Source: a virus
DNA: 64,000 nucleotides
Virus record (IMG/VR): IMGVR_UViG_2593339207_000001
Strand: one strand, 5' to 3'
A program made the translations under genes and the position numbers. Under the pieces are notes generated by a model, which worked only from the letters and a program-made list of their open reading frames with translations, did not search any database and had not been told where the DNA came from. Within the stretch, counting starts at the first letter, position 1, and each line of letters starts with the position of its first letter. Shown here piece by piece: positions 9,467 through 19,480 of this stretch.

Positions 9467-11044
9467 TCAGGTGGGCCACTGGGTGGCGCGATAGTTGTTG
9501 GCGGCGGCCTCGAACCCGGCCTGCGTCAGCGCGTGCAGGTCCTGCTGACGGAACAGCCAGCGGTAGGAAGGCCGCGACCAGCGGAATCCGGCCTGGTTGA
9601 GGCGCATGCGGCTGACGCGCATGGGGCGGGTGCGGTCCACGGAGAGACGCAGGCCGGTGGTGTTGAGCGGGCTTGCGCCCAGCTTCATGGTCTCGACCCG
9701 ATGGCGCTGGAGAGAGCCCGTGTCCACATAGACTTCAAGCGAAGCCCGTTCGCCGGTCAGATTCGCATTGCTCAGATACCGGGTGTTCAGGGTGTTCGCG
9801 TTGAGCCGGAACACAGGCCCTCTCCGCCGCCATCGGTCGATCCGGTCGACGGCCAGGGTGACGTCCGCGTCGCAGCCAGCGGTGGAGGCGAGCAGCAGAT
9901 TGCTGATGCCGCCCTGGTTGGCGGTGAGATCGAGACCTTCGTTGAGCCTGGCGCGGCCAAGCTGGAAGCAGAGGCGATGCCGGGATTCCAGAGGCAGGCG
10001 CAGGTCGTACTTGGCCTCCGCCCGCTCGACCGGTTCCGCCTGCGTGTCGAAAAAGAAGTCCTTCTGCCGAAAGCAGTAGCGCAGCTCGGTCTCGCCATGG
10101 GTCAGCGATTTGCGGTTGAGATGGCTCTCGCCCAGCCCAAAGCCGCTTTCCAGCACATCCCCTTCAAAATCGCGGCCGGTGTAGATGGGTGTGCAGAAGG
10201 AAACCCGGTCCTCGCCGACGCGGGTGTACGGCAGTCGCCAGTCGTTGAGGGCCTTGTGGTTCAGGCGCATCCGGTTCTGGCGGCCGTGAAAACGGGAGAC
10301 CTTCACGGCGGCCCGGTCGATCTCCGGGATCATCTCCGTGGTGCTGGTGAGCTGCAGCAGCTCCCAGGCCTTCTGCTTGTTAGTCAAATGACGGCAGGAA
10401 CCGAGCGAGGAGTGGCCAAGGACGAAGGTCTCGTCGAGAAACGCCAGCACGATCCGGCGCACGGCGTTGGCATGCCCGAAGTCGAGCATCGCGCCGCCTT
10501 CGATCCATTCGAGCAGAAACTGGAGCCAGAAACAGCGCGTGCCCGCCGGGTGGTGAAACACCAGGGCGTCGCGCAGCCCCTCGGTCTGGTTGAGACACAG
10601 CACGCGAAACACCCCGAGGCTGAACACCAGCCCGGGCAGCTTGGCTTTGCTGAGTCTGGAACGGGCATTGAGACGCAGAGCCGAGCGGAAGGTCTCCTGA
10701 AGTTCCCCCTGCCAGCCGAGTGTGTTAAAATCGCGTTCGATGGCCGGAATGGTGCCCTTGCGGCGATAGATTTCGACCGCCTCCCGCACGCGGCGTCGCT
10801 GGCAGTCCGGCGAACAGGTGCCGTCCACTTCGAGGCCGACGAGTCTCGCCAGCAGCGGCAGGAAGCGTTCGTCGCAGTGGTCGACGTCAAAAATGGTCGG
10901 GAAGTCGTCGATGGCCTGCTTGAGTTCGTCGAACGTTCCGGCGGGAAGGCTCAGAAAGGTGCGCAGGTCACCGGCCTCGTCGTTGTGCTCGTAAAGCGGC
11001 GGCAGCAGGCCGAGCAGATTGTCCTTGAACCAATCCGACATCAA
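9467..11044 (-). CDS. Baseplate wedge protein (P2 gpI-like) with repetitive C-terminal region
   Basis: N-terminal DVDHCDERFLPLLARLVG...IYRRKGTIPAI; follows baseplate J; repeated F.L[GN]...L[NG] motifs. Confidence 0.8.
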   Translation of the reverse strand: MMSDWFKDNLLGLLPPLYEHNDEAGDLRTFLSLPAGTFDELKQAIDDFPTIFDVDHCDERFLPLLARLVGLEVDGTCSPDCQRRRVREAVEIYRRKGTIPAIERDFNTLGWQGELQETFRSALRLNARSRLSKAKLPGLVFSLGVFRVLCLNQTEGLRDALVFHHPAGTRCFWLQFLLEWIEGGAMLDFGHANAVRRIVLAFLDETFVLGHSSLGSCRHLTNKQKAWELLQLTSTTEMIPEIDRAAVKVSRFHGRQNRMRLNHKALNDWRLPYTRVGEDRVSFCTPIYTGRDFEGDVLESGFGLGESHLNRKSLTHGETELRYCFRQKDFFFDTQAEPVERAEAKYDLRLPLESRHRLCFQLGRARLNEGLDLTANQGGISNLLLASTAGCDADVTLAVDRIDRWRRRGPVFRLNANTLNTRYLSNANLTGERASLEVYVDTGSLQRHRVETMKLGASPLNTTGLRLSVDRTRPMRVSRMRLNQAGFRWSRPSYRWLFRQQDLHALTQAGFEAAANNYRATQWPT

Positions 11045-12450
11045 CCGGCCCTCCGCAGATCGAGGTTGACGCTGCCGAGAACCGGGATTTCGCCGTGGCG
11101 CAGCTCGATGTCCTGCTGGGGCGCGTACAGATGCATGTGGCTGACGCCGCGCACGCCGTCGATCAGGGCGACCAGGTCGGAGAAGTGAATGGTCTGGCCG
11201 AAGGAGACCTGGTCGAAAGAAAAGAAATCGGAAAGTGCGGCTTCGATGCGGCTGCGCACGTTTTCCAGCGGTTCGCCGGGCCAGATGTAGACCTCGGCGT
11301 CGATGGAAACGGGGCGGTAGATCGGGTCGAACAGGTTAATCTCGACCGTGATGACCTTGCGGCGTTCGAGAAACTCGGCGAGGTCCCGCTTGAGCAGCGC
11401 CGAGGGCATTCCGCCGCCATTGGGGGCGATGGACAGTTGGACGTTGTAATAGCGGATGTTCTGACAGGCATTGGTGTCGAGCACCTTGGCCTTGGCGACG
11501 CCGGGGTAACCTTCGGCGAGCGCCTGGTAATCCTCCAGGGTGACGGCTTTCCAGAGACTGCGCAGCTCCGCCGGTGCCTGTCGGCGGGCGTGTTCGAGGG
11601 CTTCCCGCGAAGCGCCGCCGGTGGCAGGCACAGGATTGGTGACGGTCAGGGAAACCTGGCCTCCGTCAAGGTAGATCGGGCTCAGCAGTTGGGTGATCCG
11701 GTTCGGACCGAGGTTTCCCTGGTCCCCGATGGTCTGCAGATAGCTGACGGCAATGGCGCTTCCCTGAGCGGGTACAGCGCCGCTTTGCCCGTCGCCGAAA
11801 ATCAGGGTGGAGATGTCGAGGGCGTCCAGGTCGGCCATGAAATGGCGGCTGTCGGCCAGGCTGTCCTGGAAGTGATCGACCTCGCTCCAGGCGTCGTCCC
11901 CCACCGTAACGGTGATGGTGCCCTGGGCGATGACGTCGCCGGTCAGGCGGATGCGCTGGAATGGCAGCCCCGTCGAAGTGAAGGTCTCGGTGCGGCGCAC
12001 GCCTTGACGGGTCGGGATGTCTACCGAGAGTACGCCTCGCGGGATCAAGCCGTCCTCGACCGTCTCGAAATCCGCCTCGCCGTCACTCAGCAAGGCGCGG
12101 CAGGCTGTCCCCGCCGGAATGGTCAGATCCTTGCCAAGCGGGGCGGAGAGCCGGAAGCGCAGCGTGGTGGTGGAGGCCACCGGCGAATCCAGCCGGTAGC
12201 CGATGAGTTTGCAGAGGTTGATGACGTTCTGGCGCTGGCGGGCCGTGGGCAGAAAGGCCTCCGCCGCCTGGGCGTCCAGGTAATAGGCCAGCATGTCGCC
12301 CACGCCGCAGAACAGATCGAGCAGGACGACGCCGAGATCGGAGTGATTGAAATCGGTCCAGCGGTCGGTGAGCTGCGGGATCTTCGCCAGCAGCTCCTGA
12401 CGGATCGATTCGTAATCCTTGTTGATGTATCCGATGCTTGCGCGGCCCAT
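11041..12450 (-). CDS. Baseplate J/gp47 wedge protein
   Basis: KDYESIRQELL...WTDFNHSDLGVVLL; ATGGASRE; RSLWKAVTLEDY. Confidence 0.92.
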   Translation of the reverse strand: MGRASIGYINKDYESIRQELLAKIPQLTDRWTDFNHSDLGVVLLDLFCGVGDMLAYYLDAQAAEAFLPTARQRQNVINLCKLIGYRLDSPVASTTTLRFRLSAPLGKDLTIPAGTACRALLSDGEADFETVEDGLIPRGVLSVDIPTRQGVRRTETFTSTGLPFQRIRLTGDVIAQGTITVTVGDDAWSEVDHFQDSLADSRHFMADLDALDISTLIFGDGQSGAVPAQGSAIAVSYLQTIGDQGNLGPNRITQLLSPIYLDGGQVSLTVTNPVPATGGASREALEHARRQAPAELRSLWKAVTLEDYQALAEGYPGVAKAKVLDTNACQNIRYYNVQLSIAPNGGGMPSALLKRDLAEFLERRKVITVEINLFDPIYRPVSIDAEVYIWPGEPLENVRSRIEAALSDFFSFDQVSFGQTIHFSDLVALIDGVRGVSHMHLYAPQQDIELRHGEIPVLGSVNLDLRRAG

Positions 12451-12506
12451 GGTCTCTCCGGTTTTCGGTGGTTATGCGAGAGCGCCTGATGCTCTCGCCA
12501 CGCCGG

Positions 12507-12538
12507 TTACTTACCGGAAGGGGCCTGGATGTGTCGGA
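12507..12538 (-). promoter_or_regulatory. Class-1 promoter-like motif upstream of baseplate J
   Basis: TCCGACA-N13-TCCGGTAAGTAA on the minus strand. Confidence 0.8.
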
Positions 12539-12549
12539 GGCGGGACGCC

Positions 12550-13467
12550 TCAGAGCGGGCCGCGCAGTTGCCAGACGGGATTGGGCTGCCCGGATGTGTT
12601 GTTGAGGTAGTGGGATTCCTTTTTGCCCTCGAAATAGAACAGACCGATGCGGCCCGGCTCCAGGGTGGTGATCCGGTGAACGGTGCCAGCGGCGTTGTCT
12701 TCCGCCTGACTCTGGGTGTCGAAGCCCAGACCGCTCGCGGCCAGATAGAGGGCGTGCTCGGCCTGGGGCGCTTCCGTTTCTGGCGCTCCCTCGAATGTCA
12801 GGTAATGGCCGTGGTTGTCACCTGGATCGCTGACGATCCACTTGCCGTTGCGGTCCTGATAGGCTCCCTCGATGTAGGCGACTTCGTATTCCCCGGCTGG
12901 CCAGATCAAGAAGTCGTTCGGATCGGGGCTCATCTCGACCGCGTCGAACCAGAGCAGATTGAACAGCGAGCGCACGTCCGGCGACAGGCGCACGCTGCGC
13001 ACCGGCGGCGGTTCCGGCTCGGGCTCCGGCTGGGGATAGCTGGGCGCGGGATTGTTCGGGTCTTCTCTGTAGAAGGGATAGACCAGGTTGCCGTCCACCT
13101 GGCTCTGGATCACCCGGTAGGCGATATGCACCAGCAGCAGGTTGCCGTCGATGTTCAGCGGCCGGTCGTCGAAGCGCACCTCCGTGATGATCACCCGCTT
13201 TTCCCAGCGCTTGATGGCGTCGATTACGTAATGGCGCAGCAGGCCCTTGAGCACCTCGTCGTTCTGTTCGAACACCAGATCCTTCAGCCGGGAGCCGAAC
13301 TCCGGATTCATGAACCGTTCGCCGATTCGGGTGCCGAGGATCTGCAGGATGCTTTCACGGATATGCTCGTGCTCCCGCGAGGTGGCGGTCGAGACCTGTG
13401 TGCCGCCGGATAGCGACTGAAACCGGAACGGGTAACGCAACCCCTTGCCGAGGAAATCGTAGCTCAT
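12550..13467 (-). CDS. gp25/GPW baseplate protein with Pro-rich linker and extra C-terminal domain
   Basis: MSYDFLGKGLRYPF...ILGTRIGERFMNPEFGSRL...WEKRV, then PQPEPEPEPPP and about 165 further aa. Confidence 0.85.
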   Translation of the reverse strand: MSYDFLGKGLRYPFRFQSLSGGTQVSTATSREHEHIRESILQILGTRIGERFMNPEFGSRLKDLVFEQNDEVLKGLLRHYVIDAIKRWEKRVIITEVRFDDRPLNIDGNLLLVHIAYRVIQSQVDGNLVYPFYREDPNNPAPSYPQPEPEPEPPPVRSVRLSPDVRSLFNLLWFDAVEMSPDPNDFLIWPAGEYEVAYIEGAYQDRNGKWIVSDPGDNHGHYLTFEGAPETEAPQAEHALYLAASGLGFDTQSQAEDNAAGTVHRITTLEPGRIGLFYFEGKKESHYLNNTSGQPNPVWQLRGPL

Positions 13468-14369
13468 CAGGCACGCTCCTCGCAGTCGAGGCCGCACTGT
13501 CCAGAGCAGCCATTTTCCGAAGTGCCGTCGTCAATGGCTTCTCCCTGGAACCGGACCACCAGATCCAGACCATTTTTTAGACCCAGGTGGATGGTTCCGT
13601 CCGCCTCGATCAGCCCGCCGTGGCTGGACTGGCCGCACCGGAATCCCTTGGCTCCGCCGGAGAGCAGACGGACAGCGATGGTTTCGCCGATGCCCTCGAT
13701 ACGGCCGATGCCGATGATGTCGATAGGTCCGGCCGGGTTGATCAGGGTGATGAACCGCTCCCGGTGATCGACGTCGAGGCGGATGCCCTCGGGCAGAACC
13801 ACCGCGAAGCGTTCCGCGCCCATGGCGGTCGGCTCGATCCCTGCGGGCAGTCCGCTGATACCGGCTGCCTCCTGGGTCGAACGCAGTTAGGACTCGACCA
13901 GGGTGTAAAGGCGTCCCGGGGCGACCTCGATGGCCGTGCCGGGTCCGGGGGTGATGACCTGCTGTTCTCCTCCGTCGATAACGCAGATTCGCTGATCGTC
14001 AGTGGTCCGCAGGATCATGCCGTCGGGCAAGGTGAAGAGCCGGTTGCCGTCCGGCAGATCCCGGGGTTCGGTGCCCGCAGGCAGTTCGACGAAGGGATAA
14101 AAATCGGGCTCCGGCTCGATCTGAACCTGGCCCAGGTACTCCTGCGTCCTGGACTGCTGGGCCTCCAGATAGGCTTGGGCCTGGCCGCGCATCGCCTCCG
14201 AGGCGGCGTGACCGGCCTCCAGCAACGTGCGGATGCCGGAAAGCTCTTCACGGATGCCGGACAGGTGATCGCAGAGCGCTCGCAGCACATACTGTTGTTC
14301 GCCGGAATCGGTCTGCTCGATAGTGGCCTGCAATTCGGCGGGTTCTTCGGAAATCATGACAACCTCCAT
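13467..14369 (-). pseudogene. About 300-codon gene interrupted by an in-frame TAA at 13887-13889
   Basis: ORFs 13887..14369 and 13467..13823 are in the same frame; read-through gives LVES*LRSTQE; LPAG[TI]EP repeat on both sides of the stop. Confidence 0.65.
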
Positions 14370-15379
14370 TACATGCCGACATTGGCGGGTTGGGATTGAT
14401 AGCTCATGGCGTTGACCGCCGTCACTGTTCCGGTCGCGCCGTCGATTTCGAATACGGTCCAGACCGTGCCAGGGGCGTTGGGAACGGTGAAGGTCTGCTC
14501 ACGGCCATCGCTCAAGAACACCTTCACCGATGCTCCGGACTGCGCCAGGCCGGTGCTCGGATTGGCGTTGCGGTTGGTGTAGTCGTGGACCGCGTAGCGG
14601 TAGACGCCGGGGATGAGCCGATGGATGGTGATGGTCTCCGGCCCATAGGAGCTGGTGTCGTCCACGTCCAATTCCGCCGCCTCGTTTTCGATGGTGTGGG
14701 AATAGAACACATGGAACCTGCCGCCGGATGGCGTCGGTCCGGTGAGATGGGAATCGAGGTCCCGGGGATTCAGGCCCCACTGCAACACGATGCGGGCTAC
14801 CTGGCCGTCGAGCTCGGGCGAGAGAACGATCTGGATGTCGCCGGAGGTGTTGGGGTCGGCATTCACCCAGCCATGCCAGGCGATGTATCCCGGCGCGGTG
14901 ACCTCCACGTAATAGAACCCCTCGGGTACGGACAGCTCGAACCCGCCATAGGCGTTGGCGAAGGTCTGGTACGCAGCCGGGCCGGTTTCCGAGCGGCGGA
15001 ATTCGATCAGCGCGTTGCCGACGCCGCTGGTGTTGAGGGCGTTGACCACCATGCCGCTGAGGAAGACCGTGGCTCCACTGGCAAAGTCCGGGTGGTCGGC
15101 GAACCAGGACGGATCGCGGACCTCCACCAGAACATGGCGGAGACTGTCCCGGGCCGAGGATCGCCAGACCATGAGCACGGCGTTGCCGATGGTCCAGCCG
15201 CAGCGAATGACACCGTCCGGCCCGATCTCCGCGACTTCCGGGTTGCTGGAGGCAAAGACCGGGGCGTCCACGTCGCCGCGCAGGGAGAGCGGAACCCGTT
15301 GCTCGAACTCGCCAGCGGAGAGGCGGATGGAGCGAGGCTGTACCTCCCAGTGGCTGAAGGCTGCCGGGGCATCCGTCAT
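14369..15379 (-). CDS. Ig-like + carboxypeptidase-regulatory-like + YfaP/DUF2135-like protein
   Basis: SSNPEVAEI Ig motif; LQWGLNPRDLDSH...LDVDDTSSYGPETITI...GVYRYAVHDY. Confidence 0.75.
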   Translation of the reverse strand: MTDAPAAFSHWEVQPRSIRLSAGEFEQRVPLSLRGDVDAPVFASSNPEVAEIGPDGVIRCGWTIGNAVLMVWRSSARDSLRHVLVEVRDPSWFADHPDFASGATVFLSGMVVNALNTSGVGNALIEFRRSETGPAAYQTFANAYGGFELSVPEGFYYVEVTAPGYIAWHGWVNADPNTSGDIQIVLSPELDGQVARIVLQWGLNPRDLDSHLTGPTPSGGRFHVFYSHTIENEAAELDVDDTSSYGPETITIHRLIPGVYRYAVHDYTNRNANPSTGLAQSGASVKVFLSDGREQTFTVPNAPGTVWTVFEIDGATGTVTAVNAMSYQSQPANVGM

Positions 15380-15684
15380 GAAGGGACCTCCACCGGTGCG
15401 GAGACGCCGCCGCCATAGACCTCGACCTGAACGTGCCGCAGGCTGAGCCGCTCGGGCGAATCCCAGACCAGAATCATGGCCGCTCCGGGAACGAAGCCGC
15501 ATTCGACATTGCCGTCCTCATCGACACTGGCCACGTCGGGATTGGACGATTCGAACACCGGCGCTTCGGGCAGACCACGGATCGAGAGCGGAATGCGCTG
15601 AACGAATGGGGATCGCGAGACCCGGATCAGTTTCGGGAAAACATCCCAGTAGTGCGGTTCCGGCGGCTGTTCGAGATTGTTCAT
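15376..15684 (-). CDS. Stand-alone Ig-like (Big_2-like) protein, paralog of the N-terminus of the next gene
   Basis: APVFESSNPDVASVDEDG...LRHVQVEV vs APVFASSNPEVAEIGPDG...LRHVLVEV. Confidence 0.75.
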   Translation of the reverse strand: MNNLEQPPEPHYWDVFPKLIRVSRSPFVQRIPLSIRGLPEAPVFESSNPDVASVDEDGNVECGFVPGAAMILVWDSPERLSLRHVQVEVYGGGVSAPVEVPS

Positions 15685-15694
15685 CGCGTCCCCC

Positions 15695-15958
15695 TCAGTT
15701 GTCGATGGTGTCGGGACTGCCAGTGACGATGATGGCTCCGCAGGCGGTGATGTCGCCGATGCGGGCGTTGGGCAATCCTTCGGTGATGGTGTCGAAGCTG
15801 CCGGTCACGATGGGCGTCACACCATGCCCCGGGATGGGACAGACGTGCAGGTCCCCCATGCGGGCCACCGGCATGCCGTTGTCCAGCGTTCGGCTTGCCC
15901 CGGTGATGATGACGCCGCCGTGACTGCTGATGTCGCCGAGTCGCGCCTGGGAGCTCAT
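15695..15958 (-). CDS. PAAR-domain spike tip protein
   Basis: ARLGDISSHGG, VARMGDLHVCPIPGHG, ARIGDITACGA. Confidence 0.92.
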   Translation of the reverse strand: MSSQARLGDISSHGGVIITGASRTLDNGMPVARMGDLHVCPIPGHGVTPIVTGSFDTITEGLPNARIGDITACGAIIVTGSPDTIDN

Positions 15959-16329
15959 GGGTTCACCTTCAGCAACAGATGGATCAGAAAGCCGACGAGT
16001 CCGCCAATGGTGCTGCCGATGGTCAGCACCAGGCCGACGATCTTCCACATGGTCTCGGTCCCCATCTTGGAGCCGACCCGGGCGTGCAGCCGGTCGATCT
16101 CCTCGGCGTGCCGGTGCAGATCGGAATAGATCGAGCGGACCAGTACCTCGACGTTTTCCTTGTCCGATTTCTTCTCGATTTCACGCTCGATCTTCTCGAG
16201 TCGGTCCTGGATTTCCCGGCGGTGGCTTTCGAGAATGCTGCGGAATTCCTCCCGCCAATGATCGAAAGTCCGGGCCAGCAATTCCTCGCTGGCCGAGAGT
16301 CCGGAGGGCGTTGTTGTTCTTTCTCCCAT
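15955..16329 (-). CDS. Coiled-coil protein with C-terminal transmembrane helix (holin/XhlA-like candidate)
   Basis: Charged coiled coil followed by WKIVGLVLTIGSTIGGLVGFLIHLLL. Confidence 0.55.
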   Translation of the reverse strand: MGERTTTPSGLSASEELLARTFDHWREEFRSILESHRREIQDRLEKIEREIEKKSDKENVEVLVRSIYSDLHRHAEEIDRLHARVGSKMGTETMWKIVGLVLTIGSTIGGLVGFLIHLLLKVNP

Positions 16330-16341
16330 GCGATGCTTCCT

Positions 16342-17391
16342 TCAGGTGTTGATCAAGACGGTGTTCGTCGAGCGAATGATGATGTTTCCGGCCACCCCAT
16401 CCATGAACACGAGACTGCCGGACTTGTCGGTGGCGCTGATGCTCTCCTGGCCGGGCGCGGCGTTCATGCGCACGACCTGACCGGCCTTGTCGGTGAGCCG
16501 GATCTGTTCGGCGGCGGCGGTGGAATCGACGAGGATTTCCTGGGTGCCGTTGAGTCCCCAGATGTGAACCTTTTCCCGGCCCTTGGTGGTGTCGATGAGG
16601 ATCTTCTGCCAGCGGGAGCGGCCCTTGTCGCACGAGAGGATGTGGACCTTCTCCTTGTCCTGCCAGGCTTCGAGGATCACCTGCTGGCGGCAGAGGTCGG
16701 TGAGCTGGATGCGGGCGCGGGAGCCGACAATCTGCGAGGCGATGTCGAGCTGGTCACCTTTCTCGGCGTCCTTCGTGCCTCGCCGCAGGGCGTTGCCGCT
16801 CTGCATTTCCGGCTTCACCTTCCCTTCCATGGTGAGGATCTGACCGGCGCGGTCGATGATCCGTAGCAGTTCGTCGCCGTCGCGGTCATCGGCCAGGATG
16901 GTGTGGCCGGTTTCGGTCTTGAGCAGGACCTTCAGGCGCGGACAGTAATACGGCGGATGGCCGTGGTACTTCTTGTGTTCGAGATCGTCGTGCCGGTTGG
17001 CCTGATGCTCGACCTTGTCCTCACAGTCATGGCAGAAGGCATTCGCGCAGGTGCGCTTGGACTCCTCGGGTTGCTCGCCGGGATTGCTCTTGGCCAGCCA
17101 GACCCCGGTCCAGATCGGATACTGGACTACGCCGCCCTCGAACTCGGCCCAGACCGAGGCCCCTTCCTCGGGGACCAGGAACATGCCGGTGTCGTCGTTG
17201 CCGCCGTAGGGAAAACAGGGCGCGGCCCATTCGGACCAGTTCTCCCGCCCGCTGCCGAGCACGGCGGGGATTTCCAGACGGACCCGGCCGAGGCGTTCGG
17301 GGTCGTTGTTGTCGCGCACGAAGGCCCGGTACTTGCCGTACCAGCGGTTGCGGTAGCGCTCCTCGGATTGACGGTCGCGGGTTTCAAGCAT
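16342..17391 (-). CDS. Baseplate spike protein (gpV / gp5-VgrG-like)
   Basis: YGKYRAFVRDNNDPERLGRVRLEIP...GMFLVPEEGASVWAEFEGG...PIWTG; C-terminal beta repeats. Confidence 0.9.
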   Translation of the reverse strand: MLETRDRQSEERYRNRWYGKYRAFVRDNNDPERLGRVRLEIPAVLGSGRENWSEWAAPCFPYGGNDDTGMFLVPEEGASVWAEFEGGVVQYPIWTGVWLAKSNPGEQPEESKRTCANAFCHDCEDKVEHQANRHDDLEHKKYHGHPPYYCPRLKVLLKTETGHTILADDRDGDELLRIIDRAGQILTMEGKVKPEMQSGNALRRGTKDAEKGDQLDIASQIVGSRARIQLTDLCRQQVILEAWQDKEKVHILSCDKGRSRWQKILIDTTKGREKVHIWGLNGTQEILVDSTAAAEQIRLTDKAGQVVRMNAAPGQESISATDKSGSLVFMDGVAGNIIIRSTNTVLINT

Positions 17392-17812
17392 GCTCCGTCT
17401 CCCGCTTTCGACTGGCGTTCCAGGCCAGCCATCCGCCCAGGCGAACCGCCCAATACATGACCTGGCGTTTCCACAGAGGCACGCCCAGGGCCGCCATCAG
17501 TTCGAGAAAGACGCTGTCGGCAGCAAGCCGCGAGACCTTGCCGGTGTGGTAGAGGTAGTCGTGAACGACGGCCGCCGGGGAATATCGTCCCCAGGGCGGC
17601 ACCACGCGCCAGAACAGGCGCGGCACCGAGGCGAAGTCGGTCTCGAACCCGGCGGGCACTTCGATGATGCGGCCAGCGCCGGTGCGGACACGGAACGGCT
17701 GGGTCAGCCTCGCGGTCATTCCATTGGGCAGGATCTCCACCCGAAGCGGTCCGGAGAGACCCAGCGCGGTGCCGGAAAACAGGGTCTTGGTTTCGGCGCT
17801 CATGACCGCCAC
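17384..17812 (-). CDS. DUF1353 family protein
   Basis: VPAGFETDFASVPRLFW...AAVVHDYLY...YWAVRLGG. Confidence 0.9.
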   Translation of the reverse strand: MAVMSAETKTLFSGTALGLSGPLRVEILPNGMTARLTQPFRVRTGAGRIIEVPAGFETDFASVPRLFWRVVPPWGRYSPAAVVHDYLYHTGKVSRLAADSVFLELMAALGVPLWKRQVMYWAVRLGGWLAWNASRKRETEHA

Positions 17813-18174
17813 CTCGCCTTGCCCGACTGGCGCACGTCGAGATGGACCCAGGAGGCATAGACGCCGATGCCGCCCTCGCGGAAGAGAGGGATCTCCTCGG
17901 CGATGACCGCCAGTTCCTCGGGCGAAACGCCTGCGGGACAGCTCACGTCGGCCGCCATGCCCAGCGTGTGGAAACTCTGCTCCGCGCCGCCCACCGCCTG
18001 GTTGTGCCGGTTGCAGCGGAATCCGCTGGTGATGGACAGCGGTTTGCCTATGCGGTCGCGCAGCGTCCGCAGGGCGTCGACCAGGTCGGGATGGACCGCA
18101 GCCGAATGGCCGCAGCAGTTCTTGCCCTTGCAGGCGAATTCCGAACGGTTGAAATTCTTGCTGAGATCACCCAT
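17800..18174 (-). CDS. Peptidase M15A endolysin candidate
   Basis: LSKNFNRSEFACK...ITSGFRC...SFHTLGMAAD...WVHLDVR. Confidence 0.9.
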   Translation of the reverse strand: MGDLSKNFNRSEFACKGKNCCGHSAAVHPDLVDALRTLRDRIGKPLSITSGFRCNRHNQAVGGAEQSFHTLGMAADVSCPAGVSPEELAVIAEEIPLFREGGIGVYASWVHLDVRQSGKARWRS

Positions 18175-19450
18175 TGCCGCCTCCTTGTGTGACCGCGCCG
18201 GAATCCGCGTCGATGGTCACCATGGCTGGCGGCTCGTTTTGCGGCGTGGGCGGGGCCTCCTTGTCGTTGGGTTTGCCCTGGGACTCGGCGGACTTGTCGC
18301 CCGCGCCCTTGCCGAGGGCGTTCTTCTTGAGTTTGAGTTCGCAGAGATAGCCAGCGCCGCTGATGCTGTGGCGCACCGAGTGGCAGTAATAGATGCCGGA
18401 AAACTTCCGTCCCACGCCCTTGATCTCGACGTTCTTCTTGGCGCGTAGCTGGGGAATGCCGATGGTGGCCGCATCCGCCTCGACCTGGCGCAGCTCGGCC
18501 TCGCGGAATTTGCCTTCGGCGCTGTCCTGGGCGGGCTCCTGGCGCGGCTCTTCATGAAAGCCTTCGGAACGGTCGAAGCTCGGCACGATCTGCCCCGTCT
18601 CCTGTTCCTTGAAGCTGCCTTCGCCGGTGTTGCCGTCGACCAGATAAGTCTGCTTGCCCAAGGCCGTCCGCTCGGGGGTGGTGGCGTTGTTGGCCTTGTG
18701 CTCGACCACGTCCTTCTTGCGCGGGTCGACGCCGACCGTCTTGGTCTCGACACCCGCGCCCTTGGCTCCCTGGGATTGGGTGCTGGGGCGGAACGAGCGC
18801 AGCAGGCCCTTGGTGTCGGTAAAATATTCGAGGGTCAGAAGCGGCGTCTGGTCGAGCTCGCGGGGATGGAAATGGAGTTCGTCGTCCTGGATGTAGAAGA
18901 CATAGCCGCTCACGCCCTCGCCATCGCGGTCACGGGCCTTTTCCGCCAGCTCCTTGAGGAACTGGGCGTCCGAGATGTTGCTTTGGGTGACGCGGAGATG
19001 GGTTCCCTTGGTGGCCGTGACCACCGGGGTGAGGCCGTTGGCAGCGGCGATCTGTTCGGCGATTTCCGAATAGAGGATGCCGGGAGCGGGTTTCTGCCAG
19101 ACTTTCTGGTTCTCCTTGCCCGCGAGTTTGAAGCCCTTGTCGTAGGCCTTGATGCGTATGGTTGGATCGCCGTTTTCCGGGAAGTCGTAATCGATGTCCT
19201 TGATAACCGCCTTCTTGCGCGGAGAGAGGTTCCCCACGTAGCCGAAGCGGGCCACGATCTCGTTGCCTTCCTGGAACAGCGGATCGTCGACGAACTGCAG
19301 GTTGCGGTCGGTCACCGACAGCTCGAGAACATCCAGCTCCTCCTCGTTGTCGGTGAAGACGAACGAAGTGATCTCCTGGGTGATGTCCTTCGAGAGGTCT
19401 TGCCCCTCGATCTGAATCAGAAATGTCGGCTTGAAGGTATCCAGATCCAT
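18167..19450 (-). CDS. Baseplate hub / late control protein D-like
   Basis: gpD-like N-terminus, QSNISDAQFLKELA, GIPQLRAKKNVEIKGVGRKFSGIYY. Confidence 0.88.
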   Translation of the reverse strand: MDLDTFKPTFLIQIEGQDLSKDITQEITSFVFTDNEEELDVLELSVTDRNLQFVDDPLFQEGNEIVARFGYVGNLSPRKKAVIKDIDYDFPENGDPTIRIKAYDKGFKLAGKENQKVWQKPAPGILYSEIAEQIAAANGLTPVVTATKGTHLRVTQSNISDAQFLKELAEKARDRDGEGVSGYVFYIQDDELHFHPRELDQTPLLTLEYFTDTKGLLRSFRPSTQSQGAKGAGVETKTVGVDPRKKDVVEHKANNATTPERTALGKQTYLVDGNTGEGSFKEQETGQIVPSFDRSEGFHEEPRQEPAQDSAEGKFREAELRQVEADAATIGIPQLRAKKNVEIKGVGRKFSGIYYCHSVRHSISGAGYLCELKLKKNALGKGAGDKSAESQGKPNDKEAPPTPQNEPPAMVTIDADSGAVTQGGGNG

Positions 19451-19480
19451 GCGTTTCTCCGGCGGTTCGCAGTTCCCTGC

